Source of the DNA: an uncultured Thermoplasmata archaeon
Lineage (GTDB): Archaea; Thermoplasmatota; Thermoplasmata; RBG-16-68-12
Assembly (NCBI GenBank): GCA_963768855.1
Contig: CAVYJM010000006.1
Coordinates: forward strand, 608,001-672,000
Length of the DNA stretch: 64,000 nt
Direction of reading: 5' to 3'
A program made the position numbers and the translations under genes. The notes beneath the pieces are model-generated. The model had not been told where the DNA came from, made no database searches, and saw nothing but the letters and a program-made list of their open reading frames with translations. This document shows, piece after piece, positions 47,465 through 57,840 of the stretch; position 1 is the stretch's first letter, and the number at the start of each line of letters is the position of its first letter.

Positions 47465-48214
47465 ATGGCCGTCGAGTCGTCGCCGAACAACGGATCCAAC
47501 GGAACCGCGCCCCCGAAGGACGACCGGATCGTCGTCGCGCGCAAGCTCGTGAAGACGTACGATACGGGCGAGATCGAGGTCCGCGCCCTGCGGGGCGTGA
47601 ACATCGACGTGCGGAAGGGCGAGATGGTCGCGGTCATGGGCCCGTCGGGTTGCGGCAAGACGACCCTCCTGAACTGCCTCTCCGGCATCGACGAGTTCAG
47701 CGGCGGGGAGGTCTGGATCGCAGGCCAGCGTCTCTCCCAGATGAACGACAACCAGAAGACGGATTTCCGGGCGATGAAGATGGGCTTCATCTTCCAGAAC
47801 TACAACCTGCTCCCGGTCCTGAGGTCCGTCGAGAACGTGGAGCTCCCGCTCCTCGTCCGCGGCGACGAGCCGAAGGAGTCCCGCCAGCGCGCGCTCGCGG
47901 CGCTCGAGGCCGTCGGCCTCCATGAGGAGGCGAACAAAAAGCCCGCCGAGCTGAGCGGCGGACAGCAGCAGCGCGTCTCGATCGCCCGCGCCCTCGTTAA
48001 CGAGCCGGACATCGTCTTCGGCGACGAGCCCACGGGCAACCTGGACTCGGAGACCACGCACGAGGTGCTCGACGTGATGAAGGCGTTGCATCGGGAGAAG
48101 CGGCTCACCTTCATCATCGTGACCCACGACTCGACCGTCGGGAACTCGACGGAGCGGGTCATCCTGATGCGGAACGGCCAGATCCTGAAGTCCTTCCGGC
48201 CCGCAGGCCTGTGA
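47465..48214 (+). CDS. ABC transporter ATP-binding protein (LolD/MacB type)
   Basis: GPSGCGKTT, GFIFQNYNLLP, LSGGQQQRVSIARAL, FGDEPTGNLD, IIVTHD. Confidence 0.95.
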   Translation: MAVESSPNNGSNGTAPPKDDRIVVARKLVKTYDTGEIEVRALRGVNIDVRKGEMVAVMGPSGCGKTTLLNCLSGIDEFSGGEVWIAGQRLSQMNDNQKTDFRAMKMGFIFQNYNLLPVLRSVENVELPLLVRGDEPKESRQRALAALEAVGLHEEANKKPAELSGGQQQRVSIARALVNEPDIVFGDEPTGNLDSETTHEVLDVMKALHREKRLTFIIVTHDSTVGNSTERVILMRNGQILKSFRPAGL

Positions 48215-48219
48215 GGCCC

Positions 48220-51156
48220 ATGGCGCTGGATCAGGGCGTCGTGCTGCTGGCCATCGTCGGCCTGGTCGTCCTCGTCCTCCTGGTCTGGACGGGGCGCAAG
48301 CGCTTCCCGCTCCGGATCGGCATGGGGAACTTCTTCCGCCGCAAGACCCAGGTGGCCATCGTCGTCGCGGGCCTCCTGATCGGCACCGCGATCATCAGCT
48401 CCTCCTACGTCATTCAGTCCACCTTCGACTATACGATCCGGAGCACGGTGTTCCACCAGCTCGACTACATCGACGAGACGATCACCGCCTCCAACGCCAC
48501 GGCCAACCGCATCCCCTTCGACCTTTCCGTGTTCCAGGGCCTCCAGGACAATCTGACGCGAGGGGAAATGCCCGCGGTGGCGAAGCTAGCCCCGCGGTAC
48601 GTGGTAGGCGCAGCCAGCAACGACACGAGGACGCTGCTCTTCGAGCCCACGGGGACGCTCATCGGCTTCAACGCGACGTACGACCTAGGCGAGTTCGTGC
48701 GGGCCGACGGCACGACGTGGAACGGCACGGGACTCGCGCAAAGCGAAGTCATCGTGAACCAGGCGTACGCGAACGACACGGAGGCGAAGGTCGGAGACCA
48801 GCTCTTCGTGTTCCCGGCGGGAATGGTTCACCCCCTCCGGCTCACCGTGGCCGCCGTCGTCTTGGACCAAGGTCGCGGAGGCTACAGTGGGAACGCGAAC
48901 CTATTTGCGCCGCTCGAGACGGTCCAGTCCGCCTTCGTTCTACCGTTCCAGCCCGTGAAGCCTCTCATCAACACGATCGTCGTCGCCAACGTCGGGGGGC
49001 CGACGCAGGGGTACCTCCACACGAGTGACGTCGACGCCCAGCTCACCGCGCACCTGCCTACGGGCCTCGGCCTGAGCATCTCGAACGTGAAGGAGGACGC
49101 AGTCACGCAGGCAACCCAGAATGTGGACATGCTGAGCCAGATCTTCCTCCTGCTCGGCTCTTTCACCATCATCGCGGGTGTCTTGCTCATCATCAACATC
49201 TTCGTCATGCTCGCGGAGGAGAGAAAGGGCGAGATGGGCGTGGAGCGAGCGCTCGGGATGCGCCGCAGCCACCTCGTCCAGAGCTTCGTCGCGGAGGGGC
49301 TGGCCTACGCGCTCTTGTCCGCGGCCGTGGGCACCTTCGCAGGCCTCCTCATCGCGGGCGTCATCCTGTGGGCCTTCACCTTGATCTTCCCCGCGCAGCT
49401 CTTCGGCGGCGTCCAGTTCGTCCTTACGTGGACGGCCCTCGACCTCATCCGGGGGTTTGCGATTGGCTTCCTGATCACGATGGGCACGATCCTCCTCGCT
49501 TCGTGGAGGGTCTCCAGGCTGAACATCGTGCGCGCGATCCGGGACATACCGGAGCCCGTGGAGCACCGCTCAACGAAGTGGCAGCTCGCCCTCGGCGGCT
49601 CTCTCGCGGGCCTCGGGGCCCTCCTCTCTCGTCGCCGCGATCGTCCGCGGAGACGTCCTTTTCCAGGACCTGGGACCGTCGAGCCTCGCCGTCGGGCTCG
49701 CAATTCTGCTTCGCAACGTCGTGACCCCTCGGGCGGCCTTCACCGCGGCGGGCGCGTTCATGGTCGTCTGGCTCCTGCTCCCCGAGCAAGCCCATCACGA
49801 GCTCGGACGTGAACATCGACGTGTTCGTCGCCGCGGGCCTCCTCATGGTCTTCGGGGCTCTCCTCCTGGTCATGTTCAACAGCGAGGTCCTCATCTGGGT
49901 GGCCACCCGGATCGGGCGGAAGCGCACCTGGCGCCCCGTTGTACGCACGGCGGTTGCCTACCCGATGAACAAGAAGTTCCGCACAGGTACGACCCTCGCC
50001 ACGATCTCCTGATCATGTTCACAATCGCCACGATGTCCGGGATCCAAGGGATCATCGGCTCGAGCATCACGACGACGGTCGTGCGGCAGAGCGGCGGCTA
50101 TGACCTCATCGGGAACTCCATCAGGCCCATCTCGGAGTCGAGCATCACCGAGAACCTTACGACACACCCCGCGTTGGGGCAGAACATCAGCGAGCTATGG
50201 GGCTTGTCCGCCATGAGGGCTGCGACCTCCTTCAACGCGAGCATGTCAGGGGACCTGCACAATACGACCCTGCTCGGCGTGCCGCAGGCCTGGGTGAACG
50301 CATCCATCCCGCTTGAGTTCCAGTCCTTGGATGCGAACTACTCCTCGCCACAGGCCGCCTGGGAGGCCATCGAGACGGATCCGCACCTCGCGATCGCGGA
50401 CGGGAGCGTCGTGCCTGGCGGGATGGGGGCGGGGGCCGGGTTCGGCGGGCGGAGGGTTCTTCACCTTCAGCGCGAAGGTGGGCGACACCCTATACTACGG
50501 CAGCAGGACCACCCAGCTCGGGTACGTGAAGCTCATCGGTATCCTATACGAGCAATTCGTGCCGGGGCTCTTCGTCGGCCGGAACGTGGTCACGGCGCTC
50601 TTCCCACATCGACGCGTCAAGCATCTTCTACGTGAAGGTGAGGGCGGGGGTCGACGCAACCGCCGTGGCGCACAACCTAGAGCGGGCCTTCCTCGAGGAG
50701 GGCATGGTGGCCATCGACCTCAACAACCTCGTCAGCCAGATCACGGACGTCATCACGGGCGTCTTCAACCTCCTCGAGGCGTACCTCGCCCTCGGCCTCA
50801 TCGTCGGGATCGCGGGGTTGGGCGTCATCACGATGCGGAATGTCGTCGAGCGGCGCACGGAGACGGGAGCGTTGCGTGCCCTGGGCTTCCGGAAGTCCAT
50901 GATTCTCGCCTCCTTCCTCCTCGAGCTCATGTTCATCGCGGTCACGGGGATCGCGATCGGCGACGCCCTCGGGATTGCTCTGTCGTATGACCTGTTCTTG
51001 AAGTTCTTCGCGGACACTGGGTACTTCTCGATCCCGTGGGACCGACTCGTCTTGCTGAGTTCCATCGCGTTCGTGGGCGCCGTCGTGGCCACGGCGAGTC
51101 CGGCGATCCGCGCGGCCCGCATGCCTCCGGCGGAGGCCCTGCGGAGCTACGAGTGA
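48220..51156 (+). pseudogene. large FtsX/MacB-type ABC permease broken by about 5 indels (near 49630, 49787, 50008, 50450, 50607)
   Basis: Two FtsX modules (ERKGEMGVERALG and ERRTETGALRALG) can be reassembled across frames; either errors or recent decay. Confidence 0.75.
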
Positions 51157-51198
51157 GATTCGCTCATTCTGCTCAATTGGGCAGAAACGCGGCGGAGA

Positions 51199-51378
51199 TC
51201 AGTAGACGGCTTCCTTCTGGCGGCGTTCGAGGACGAGCTCGCGGAAGTGCTCGGGCTTGCGGTCGAACGCGAGCTGGCACTCCTCGGAGCAGAAGTAGTA
51301 GGGCGTCCCCTTGTACCAGATCATCCAGTACGCGTTGTGCGGGTTGACCGGCTTCTCGCAGACGGGATCGACCGCCAT
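51199..51378 (-). CDS. YHS-domain protein (59 aa, absent from the ORF track)
   Basis: Hand translation MAVDPVCEKPVNPHNAYWMIWYKGTPYYFCSEECQLAFDRKPEHF.. with the YHS pattern DPVC..Y.FCS..C..F..P. Confidence 0.88.
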   Translation of the reverse strand: MAVDPVCEKPVNPHNAYWMIWYKGTPYYFCSEECQLAFDRKPEHFRELVLERRQKEAVY

Positions 51379-51482
51379 GATGCCTCGGTCCTCGGTCCGC
51401 CGAAGACGCGGCTCGATATGAAGGCTTCGCCCGCACCCCGTCCGCGCCGTGCGTTTATATCCCCGCGCCCGATACGCGACGC

Positions 51483-52502
51483 GTGCCCCAGCGGGTCGCG
51501 GTCATCGGCGTGGGCAACATGGGCCAGAACCACGCCCGCGTGTACTCCGAGATCGCGGACCTCGTGGGGATCGCCGACCCGGACGTCAAGGCGGGAGGCG
51601 CTCTGCTCAACCGCCTCCCGGTGAAGAGCTACTTCCCCGACTACCGGGCCCTCCTGAAGGAGGACATCGATGCGGTGAGCATCTGCGTGCCGACGAGCCT
51701 GCACGCGAAGGTCGCGCTGGACGCCATCCGCGCCGGCGTCGACCTCCTCGTCGAGAAGCCCCTCGCGCCGACCGTGGCGGCCGCGAAGAAGATCGTGGAG
51801 GCCGCAGAACGCGCGAAGGTCACCCTGGCCGTCGGGCACGTGGAGCGACACAACCCGGCCATCGCTCTGGTCAAGCGCCAGCTCGACGCGGGAGACTTCG
51901 GCAACCTGATCACCCTCTCGGCGCGGCGCGTGAGCTCGTTCCCCACCCGCGTGCGTGACATCGGCGTGATCCTCGACCTCGGGGTGCACGACATCGACGT
52001 GATGCGGTACCTGGTCGGCTCCCGCGTCGAGAGCGTCTACGCGCTCTCCGGCCGGCGCCTCCACGAGCGCTTCGAGGACCATGCGAACGTGCTGCTGCGC
52101 TTCGCGGACGGGGTCCACGGGTTCATCGAAGTGAACTGGCTCACGCCGACCAAGGTCCGCCACCTCGCGCTCACGGCCCAGAAGAGCTTCGTCGAGGTCG
52201 ACTACACGGACCAGAGCGTCACGGTGAGCTCGAGCACCCTGGGCCGGCTCGACTCCTTCAACCTGTACCAGATCCCGCTCGAGCACCACGTCCGGCGGAT
52301 CCACGTGCGGAAGGAGGAACCGCTGCGGCGCGAGCTCGTCGATTTCCTCGAGGCCTCGAAGAGCCACCGCCCGCCCCTCGTGACCGGAAGGGACGCGATC
52401 GAGACGCTCCGCGTCGTCGAGGCGGCGATGCTCTCCCACCACCTCCAGCAGGCGATCAACCTCGCCCGGAGCGCGGGCAGGCCCCGTTCGAGGCGGTCCT
52501 AG
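51483..52502 (+). CDS. wbpB: Gfo/Idh/MocA oxidoreductase (WbpB-like)
   Basis: VAVIGVGNMGQNHARV, LVEKPLA, VGHVERHNP, DLGVHDID. Confidence 0.85.
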   Translation: MPQRVAVIGVGNMGQNHARVYSEIADLVGIADPDVKAGGALLNRLPVKSYFPDYRALLKEDIDAVSICVPTSLHAKVALDAIRAGVDLLVEKPLAPTVAAAKKIVEAAERAKVTLAVGHVERHNPAIALVKRQLDAGDFGNLITLSARRVSSFPTRVRDIGVILDLGVHDIDVMRYLVGSRVESVYALSGRRLHERFEDHANVLLRFADGVHGFIEVNWLTPTKVRHLALTAQKSFVEVDYTDQSVTVSSSTLGRLDSFNLYQIPLEHHVRRIHVRKEEPLRRELVDFLEASKSHRPPLVTGRDAIETLRVVEAAMLSHHLQQAINLARSAGRPRSRRS

Positions 52503-53797
52503 AACTGCCCCTTGCCGATCCCGCGGTACACGAATCCCGCCCGGACCACCTCGGGCCCGTGGAACACGTTGCGTCCGTCCACGAGGACCTTCCGCCTCAG
52601 GAGCCGGCCGATCCGCTTCAGGTCGAGGCGGCGATACGCCGAGTGCGCCGTCACGAGGACGAGGGCGTCCGCGCCCCGTGCGGCCGCCTCGAGGTCCCGC
52701 ACGATCGTGAACCCATGCTCCGTCCGCGCGTACGGGTCGTGGATGACCGTGTCCGCGCCGCGGCGGCGCAGCTCGCGGATGATCGGGATCGCGGGCGTGT
52801 TCCTCGAGTCCTCCGTGTCCTCGCGGTAGGCGAATCCGAGCACCGCGACCCGAGCTCCCTTGAGCCGCCGGCCCGAGGCGACGAGCGCCTCGTCGACGAG
52901 CTGGGCCATGCGACGCGGCATGTAGTCGTTCACGGACCGCGCCACGGGGATCAGCTCGGGCTTCGTGTGGATCGCGGGGTGGACGAGGAGCCACGGATCC
53001 TTGGGGATGCAGTGCCCGCCCACGCCGGCACCGGGGAAGAGCATCGCGCGGTAGGGGCACGTGTTCACGAGCTCGCGCACGCGGAACGCATCGACGCCGA
53101 GCTCCTCGGAGATGAGCGCGACCTCGTTCGCGAACGCGATCTGGACGTCCCAATACGCGTTCTCCGCGGTCTTCGCGACCTCCGCGGTCGTCCAATCCGT
53201 TTCGTGGAGGTCGCCCTTCACGAACCGCTTGTAGAAAGCCACCGCCTTCCGGGCCCCCGTGGGCTCGGCGGCCCCGAGCACGCGGTGCAGGGTCGTCAGG
53301 TTGTAGAGGAGCTTCCCGGCCGTCAGGCGCTCGGGGCAGTGGACGAGGTGCACGTCCCGGCCGACCTTCTTCCCCGAGGCGCGCTCGAGGGTGGGGCGGA
53401 CGACCTTCTCCATCGTTCCGGGCGAGAGCGTCGACTCGATCGAGACGAGCGCACCACGCTTTAGGTGCGGGCCGATCCCGGCGAGGGCGGACTTGAGCGC
53501 GCGGTACGCGGGGTCGTGCGTGACGGCATCAATGGGCGTCTCGACCGCGACCACGACCACGTCCGCGGATCCAATGGCCGCGTAGTCGGTGGTCGCCGTG
53601 AACCGCTTGGCCGCCACCTGGGCCTTGATGAGTTCCGACAGCCCGGGCTCGCGTCCCCGGAGCGGGTTGTGTCCCCGGTTGATGACGTCGACCTTCTTCG
53701 CGTCGATGTCCACGCCGACGACCCGGACGCCCGTCGCGGCCACGGAGACGGCCACGGGCACGCCGACGTAGCCCAGCCCGACCACCGCGGCTCTCAC
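52499..53797 (-). CDS. UDP-N-acetylhexosamine 6-dehydrogenase (WbpA/WecC family)
   Basis: GTG 53797; AVVGLGYVGVP, ESTLSPGT, HCPERL, AKTAENAY.DVQIAFANE, GAGVGGHCIPKDP, GFAYREDTEDSRNTP. Confidence 0.92.
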   Translation of the reverse strand: MRAAVVGLGYVGVPVAVSVAATGVRVVGVDIDAKKVDVINRGHNPLRGREPGLSELIKAQVAAKRFTATTDYAAIGSADVVVVAVETPIDAVTHDPAYRALKSALAGIGPHLKRGALVSIESTLSPGTMEKVVRPTLERASGKKVGRDVHLVHCPERLTAGKLLYNLTTLHRVLGAAEPTGARKAVAFYKRFVKGDLHETDWTTAEVAKTAENAYWDVQIAFANEVALISEELGVDAFRVRELVNTCPYRAMLFPGAGVGGHCIPKDPWLLVHPAIHTKPELIPVARSVNDYMPRRMAQLVDEALVASGRRLKGARVAVLGFAYREDTEDSRNTPAIPIIRELRRRGADTVIHDPYARTEHGFTIVRDLEAAARGADALVLVTAHSAYRRLDLKRIGRLLRRKVLVDGRNVFHGPEVVRAGFVYRGIGKGQF

Positions 53798-53865
53798 GGG
53801 CGCGCGGATACAGGCCTCTCCTGATAAAGGTTTCAGCCTCGGGTCGCGGTCCGGGAGGCGGAGGC

Positions 53866-54828
53866 TCAGTCGAGCGCGGACTCCGTGATCGTGAGGGCCG
53901 GCCTGTCCGCGTCCAAGGTCGCGCGGACGCCGACGGGCACAGGATGGTTCCATTTCCCGTGGCCAACGCACAGGCCCGTGAACGAGGGCGCGCGCACCCG
54001 CGCCAGATGGTCCGCGAGGACCTCCTCGAGGCTCGGCTGGGCCTCCTCGCGCTTCGCGAACTTGGAGAACTGGCCGACCGCGATCCCTGCGGCTGCGCGG
54101 AGCTTGCCCGCGAGTTCGAACGCCGTCAGCTCGTACTCGACGTAGTACTCGGAGATGTGCACGTCCTCGAAGAACAGGATGCGCCCCTTCGTGTCGACCT
54201 CGAAGGGCGAGCCGAGGGTGTGCGTCATCATGGAGAGGTTCCCCCCGATCGTGAGGCCCTCGGCCTTCCCGCCGCGGACCGTCCGCAGGAGCATGCCCTC
54301 GGGCGGGTTGCGGATCTCCCCCCAGGGCTCCGTGGACGACAGGAGCCTCAGCGCCTTCTCCAGCTTCGAGGGGTCCGGCTTCCCTTTCTCCGAGTCGGGT
54401 TCGTCCGCGCCGACGGACTCGACGCCAGGGCCGTGGAAGGTCACGAGTCCGGCCTTCTGGGCGAAGTTGACGTGCAGGGTCGTGATGTCGGAGTATCCCA
54501 TGAAGATCTTCGGGTGGTCCCGCACGACGTCGTAGTCGAGCAGGGGGAGGACCCGCATCGTGCCGTACCCGCCGCGGGAGCAGATGACCGCGTCGACCGC
54601 GTCGTCGCGGAACGCGTCGAGGAGTTCCTTCGCCCGCATCTCGTCCGTCGCGGAGACCATCCCCTGCCGCGTCAGCCTTCGAGTGCACTCGCCGAGGACG
54701 ACCTTGTAGCCCTTCTTCCGGAGGAAGGCGATGCCCTGGCCCAGGCCGAAGGGTTCCGCGAAGCTCGCCGGACTGACGACCGCGATCGTGGCGCCGCGCT
54801 TCAGGTGGGCCGGCTTCTGTCGCTGCAT
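53866..54828 (-). CDS. S66 family LD-carboxypeptidase (LdcA/MccF-like)
   Basis: IAVVSPAS, RGGYG, GYSDIT (Ser), GGNLS, LFFEDV (Glu), VGH (His). Confidence 0.92.
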   Translation of the reverse strand: MQRQKPAHLKRGATIAVVSPASFAEPFGLGQGIAFLRKKGYKVVLGECTRRLTRQGMVSATDEMRAKELLDAFRDDAVDAVICSRGGYGTMRVLPLLDYDVVRDHPKIFMGYSDITTLHVNFAQKAGLVTFHGPGVESVGADEPDSEKGKPDPSKLEKALRLLSSTEPWGEIRNPPEGMLLRTVRGGKAEGLTIGGNLSMMTHTLGSPFEVDTKGRILFFEDVHISEYYVEYELTAFELAGKLRAAAGIAVGQFSKFAKREEAQPSLEEVLADHLARVRAPSFTGLCVGHGKWNHPVPVGVRATLDADRPALTITESALD

Positions 54829-54967
54829 CGGCGGCGGGAACGCGGACCGCTGGATAACGTCATCGCCGCGGCCCGGACCCGCGCCGATGCGCCAGGCCTT
54901 GCGCACCGGCGCGCGCCCCGCGTGCTTGACAGAATCTTCTTATCCCCCGCGGCCGGTTCGACCCGCA

Positions 54968-56029
54968 GTGAAGGTCGCCAGCGTCGTCGGGGCCCGCCCC
55001 CAGTTCATCAAGGCCGCCCCCGTGAGCCGCGAGATCCGGGAGCACAACGAGGAGGTCCTCGTCCACACGGGGCAGCACTACGACCCGAACATGAGCGAGG
55101 TCTTCTTCCAGGTCCTCGACCTCCCGAAACCCGACTACAACCTCGAGGTCGGCTCCGGGAGCCACGCTTGGCAGACCGCGGAGATGATGAAGCGCCTTGA
55201 CGAGGTGTTCGAGAAGGAGAAGCCCGACTTCGTCCTCGTGTACGGCGACACGAACTCCACGGTCGCTGGCGCGCTCACGGCGGCCAAGGCGGGTCTTCCG
55301 CTCGGCCACGTGGAGGGCGGCCTCCGTTCGTACAACCGCACGATGCCCGAGGAGATCAACCGGGTCGTCACGGACCACCTCTCCACCCTGATCTTCTGCC
55401 CGACCCAGACGGCCGTGGACAACCTCGCCCGCGAGGGAATCACCCGGGGCGTCCACCTCGTCGGGGACGTCATGTACGACGTCGCGCTGCACATGGCCCA
55501 GCCCGCCCGGGCTCGCGGCGTCGTCAAGCGCCTGGAGCTCGTGGCGGGCGACTACATCCTGGCGACGATCCACCGCCCCTCGAACGCGGACAGCAAGGAG
55601 ACGCTCTCGGGGATCGTCGAGGCCCTCGTCGACTGCGGCCGGACGGTCGTGTTCCCCGTCCACCCGCGCACGAAGAAGAACCTGCAGGCCTTCGGCCTCT
55701 GGGACGAGCTCGAGTCGAAGGTCAGGGTCCTCCCCCCGGTCGACTACCTCGACTTCCTCGGCCTCCTCATCGACGCGGCCAAGGTCGTCACGGACAGCGG
55801 CGGGGTCCAGAAGGAGGCGTACTTCTTCGGCATCCCGTGCATCACCCTCCGCGACGAGACGGAGTGGATCGAGACGGTCGAGGACGGCTGGAACGCGCTC
55901 GTCGGGACGGAGACAGAGGACGTCCTCCACGCGATCCAGCACTTCAACCCCTCCGGCACGAAGTCCAAGAGCTTCGGGGACGGCCACGCGGCGGAGCAGA
56001 TCGCGCGGATCGTTGACAAGTCCCTGTGA
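54968..56029 (+). CDS. wecB: UDP-N-acetylglucosamine 2-epimerase, non-hydrolysing (WecB/WbpI family)
   Basis: VGARPQFIK, HTGQHYD, VYGDTNST, HVEGGLRS..MPEEINR, TDSGGVQKEA. Confidence 0.95.
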   Translation: MKVASVVGARPQFIKAAPVSREIREHNEEVLVHTGQHYDPNMSEVFFQVLDLPKPDYNLEVGSGSHAWQTAEMMKRLDEVFEKEKPDFVLVYGDTNSTVAGALTAAKAGLPLGHVEGGLRSYNRTMPEEINRVVTDHLSTLIFCPTQTAVDNLAREGITRGVHLVGDVMYDVALHMAQPARARGVVKRLELVAGDYILATIHRPSNADSKETLSGIVEALVDCGRTVVFPVHPRTKKNLQAFGLWDELESKVRVLPPVDYLDFLGLLIDAAKVVTDSGGVQKEAYFFGIPCITLRDETEWIETVEDGWNALVGTETEDVLHAIQHFNPSGTKSKSFGDGHAAEQIARIVDKSL

Positions 56030-56073
56030 CGCGAGCCGCGCAGGCTTAATATCGCCCGGCGAATGCGCGCCCC

Positions 56074-56997
56074 GTGGCTCTCGCCGGCTTCTCCGACCCG
56101 GTCTCCTTCGTGGCGGTCGCGGTCATCGTCGGCGCCCTCGCGTACTCGTACTGGCGGAAGGCCCTGCTCACCTTCACGATCACCGTCGCCTGCGGCCTCG
56201 TCTTCGCCCTCGAGATCGTGTCGACAGGCGGGTTCGTGATCTGGCCCTTCGGCATCCTGGGGGACCTCAGCCTCGTCGAGATCGGCGGGTACGTGTCGCC
56301 TCCCTGGACCTTCGTCACCTTCCAGTACCTCCACGCGAGCCTCAGCCACCTGCTGTTCAACGTCCTCGCCCTCGTCCTCATCGCGCCCGTGTTCGAGGAC
56401 CGGATCGGGTCGTTGCGGTTCGGCGTCCTGTACTTCGTCGGTGGCATCTTGGGCGCGGCGGGGTTCCTCCTCTTGAACCTCGGACACTCCGTCGTCCTGG
56501 TCGGGGCGTCCGCGGGAATCTCGTCCGTCTTCGGTGCGTACGGCCGCCTCTATCCGCGGGACCGGGTACAGCTCTTCCTGCCTCTCCCAGGGATGCCGGC
56601 GTTCCGGGTCATCGACCTCGTGATCGCGTTCCTCGTCCTCGAGACCGCGCTGAGTTACGTCGGAGGCCTCTTTGGCCCGCTCGCAGGCATCGCCTGGCAG
56701 GCCCACGTGGTCGCGATGATCTTCGGCTTCGCCTGCGCGCCGCTCGTGATGCGGATCCCCTCGAAGCGGCAGCGCCCCCTGAAGAAGATGTCCTTCCAGG
56801 CGTGGCGCGCGTTGGCCATGACGCCGGAACTGCGGTCCATCCTCGACGAGGCGGAGCGCGCGGACCTGCCCGAGATCCGCGACGCGTGGCTCGAGAAGTT
56901 CATCCGCGCCATGCGATGCCCCCAGTGCGGGGGTCCGGTGAAGCGGAGCTTCGGACAGCTCCGGAGCCGGTGCGGGTGGAAGGCTCGGCTCGGCTGA
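56074..56997 (+). CDS. rhomboid family intramembrane serine protease with C-terminal Zn ribbon
   Basis: PWTFVTFQYLHASLSHLLFN, GASAG (Ser), AHV (His), C-terminal CPQC. Confidence 0.9.
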   Translation: MALAGFSDPVSFVAVAVIVGALAYSYWRKALLTFTITVACGLVFALEIVSTGGFVIWPFGILGDLSLVEIGGYVSPPWTFVTFQYLHASLSHLLFNVLALVLIAPVFEDRIGSLRFGVLYFVGGILGAAGFLLLNLGHSVVLVGASAGISSVFGAYGRLYPRDRVQLFLPLPGMPAFRVIDLVIAFLVLETALSYVGGLFGPLAGIAWQAHVVAMIFGFACAPLVMRIPSKRQRPLKKMSFQAWRALAMTPELRSILDEAERADLPEIRDAWLEKFIRAMRCPQCGGPVKRSFGQLRSRCGWKARLG

Positions 56998-57049
56998 CGC
57001 CGGCCTGAGGTCGCAATCCTTTTGGCCCACCGGTCCGTACCTGCTCCCG

Positions 57050-57652
57050 ATGTCGGCGCCGAGCGCCCTCGTTCTCCACTGCGATACCTGCGGCGACGTG
57101 CCCCACAGGGTCCTCCGCGGCAAGGTGACCGGGAAGGACGAGGTGATCTTCGAGGGCATCGTGAAGTGCTCCAAGTGCGACCAGGTCCGCTCCGTCGTCA
57201 CGCGCGAGCCGAAGCCGATCGCGGTGCCGCTGATCATCAGCTTCCTCGAGAAATCGGAGCGGACCTCCCTCGAGTTCTCCCCGGACGAGCAGATCGAGCT
57301 CGGCCAGGAGATCGAGCTCGGGGACACGCAGCTCAAGGTGACCGCGATCGAGGTCCAGGGGCGCCGGATGGACGGCGCGGTCGCGAAGGAGGTCTCCACG
57401 CTCTGGGCGAAGCGGACGGACCGGGTGCGGGTCAAGTTCAGCGTGAACATGGGGAACCGGACCGTCCCCCACGACGTCCTGGCGAGCCGGGACGAGGAGT
57501 TCGAGGTTGGGGACATCATCGACCTGGGCCGCGTCCGGGCGGTCGTCCATCACATCCGCACGCCGCACCGGACGATCCACGAGGGCCGCGCGCGCGCCGA
57601 TGAGATCGTGCGCATGTACGGCCGTCGCGTGCGGGAGCGGACGCGCCGCTGA
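57050..57652 (+). CDS. HVO_0476-type archaeal Zn-finger protein (COG1326-like)
   Basis: CDTCG..HRVLRG..VKCSKC, then two beta-rich halves. Confidence 0.8.
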   Translation: MSAPSALVLHCDTCGDVPHRVLRGKVTGKDEVIFEGIVKCSKCDQVRSVVTREPKPIAVPLIISFLEKSERTSLEFSPDEQIELGQEIELGDTQLKVTAIEVQGRRMDGAVAKEVSTLWAKRTDRVRVKFSVNMGNRTVPHDVLASRDEEFEVGDIIDLGRVRAVVHHIRTPHRTIHEGRARADEIVRMYGRRVRERTRR

Positions 57653-57840
57653 CCCCGTGGACGGGCTCTCGCAAGATGCGGTTCATGTTCCTCCACACCG
57701 TCCCATAGATGAACGAGGGCGAGGGGGAGAAAGCGAAGCACGACCTCTCGAGGGTCCTCGCCGGGCGCATCGAGTCCGAGCGCGTCGGACCCGACCCTCG
57801 ACAAAGCGTTATGCCGGTCGGGGCTGTTGAGGCCCCCGGC

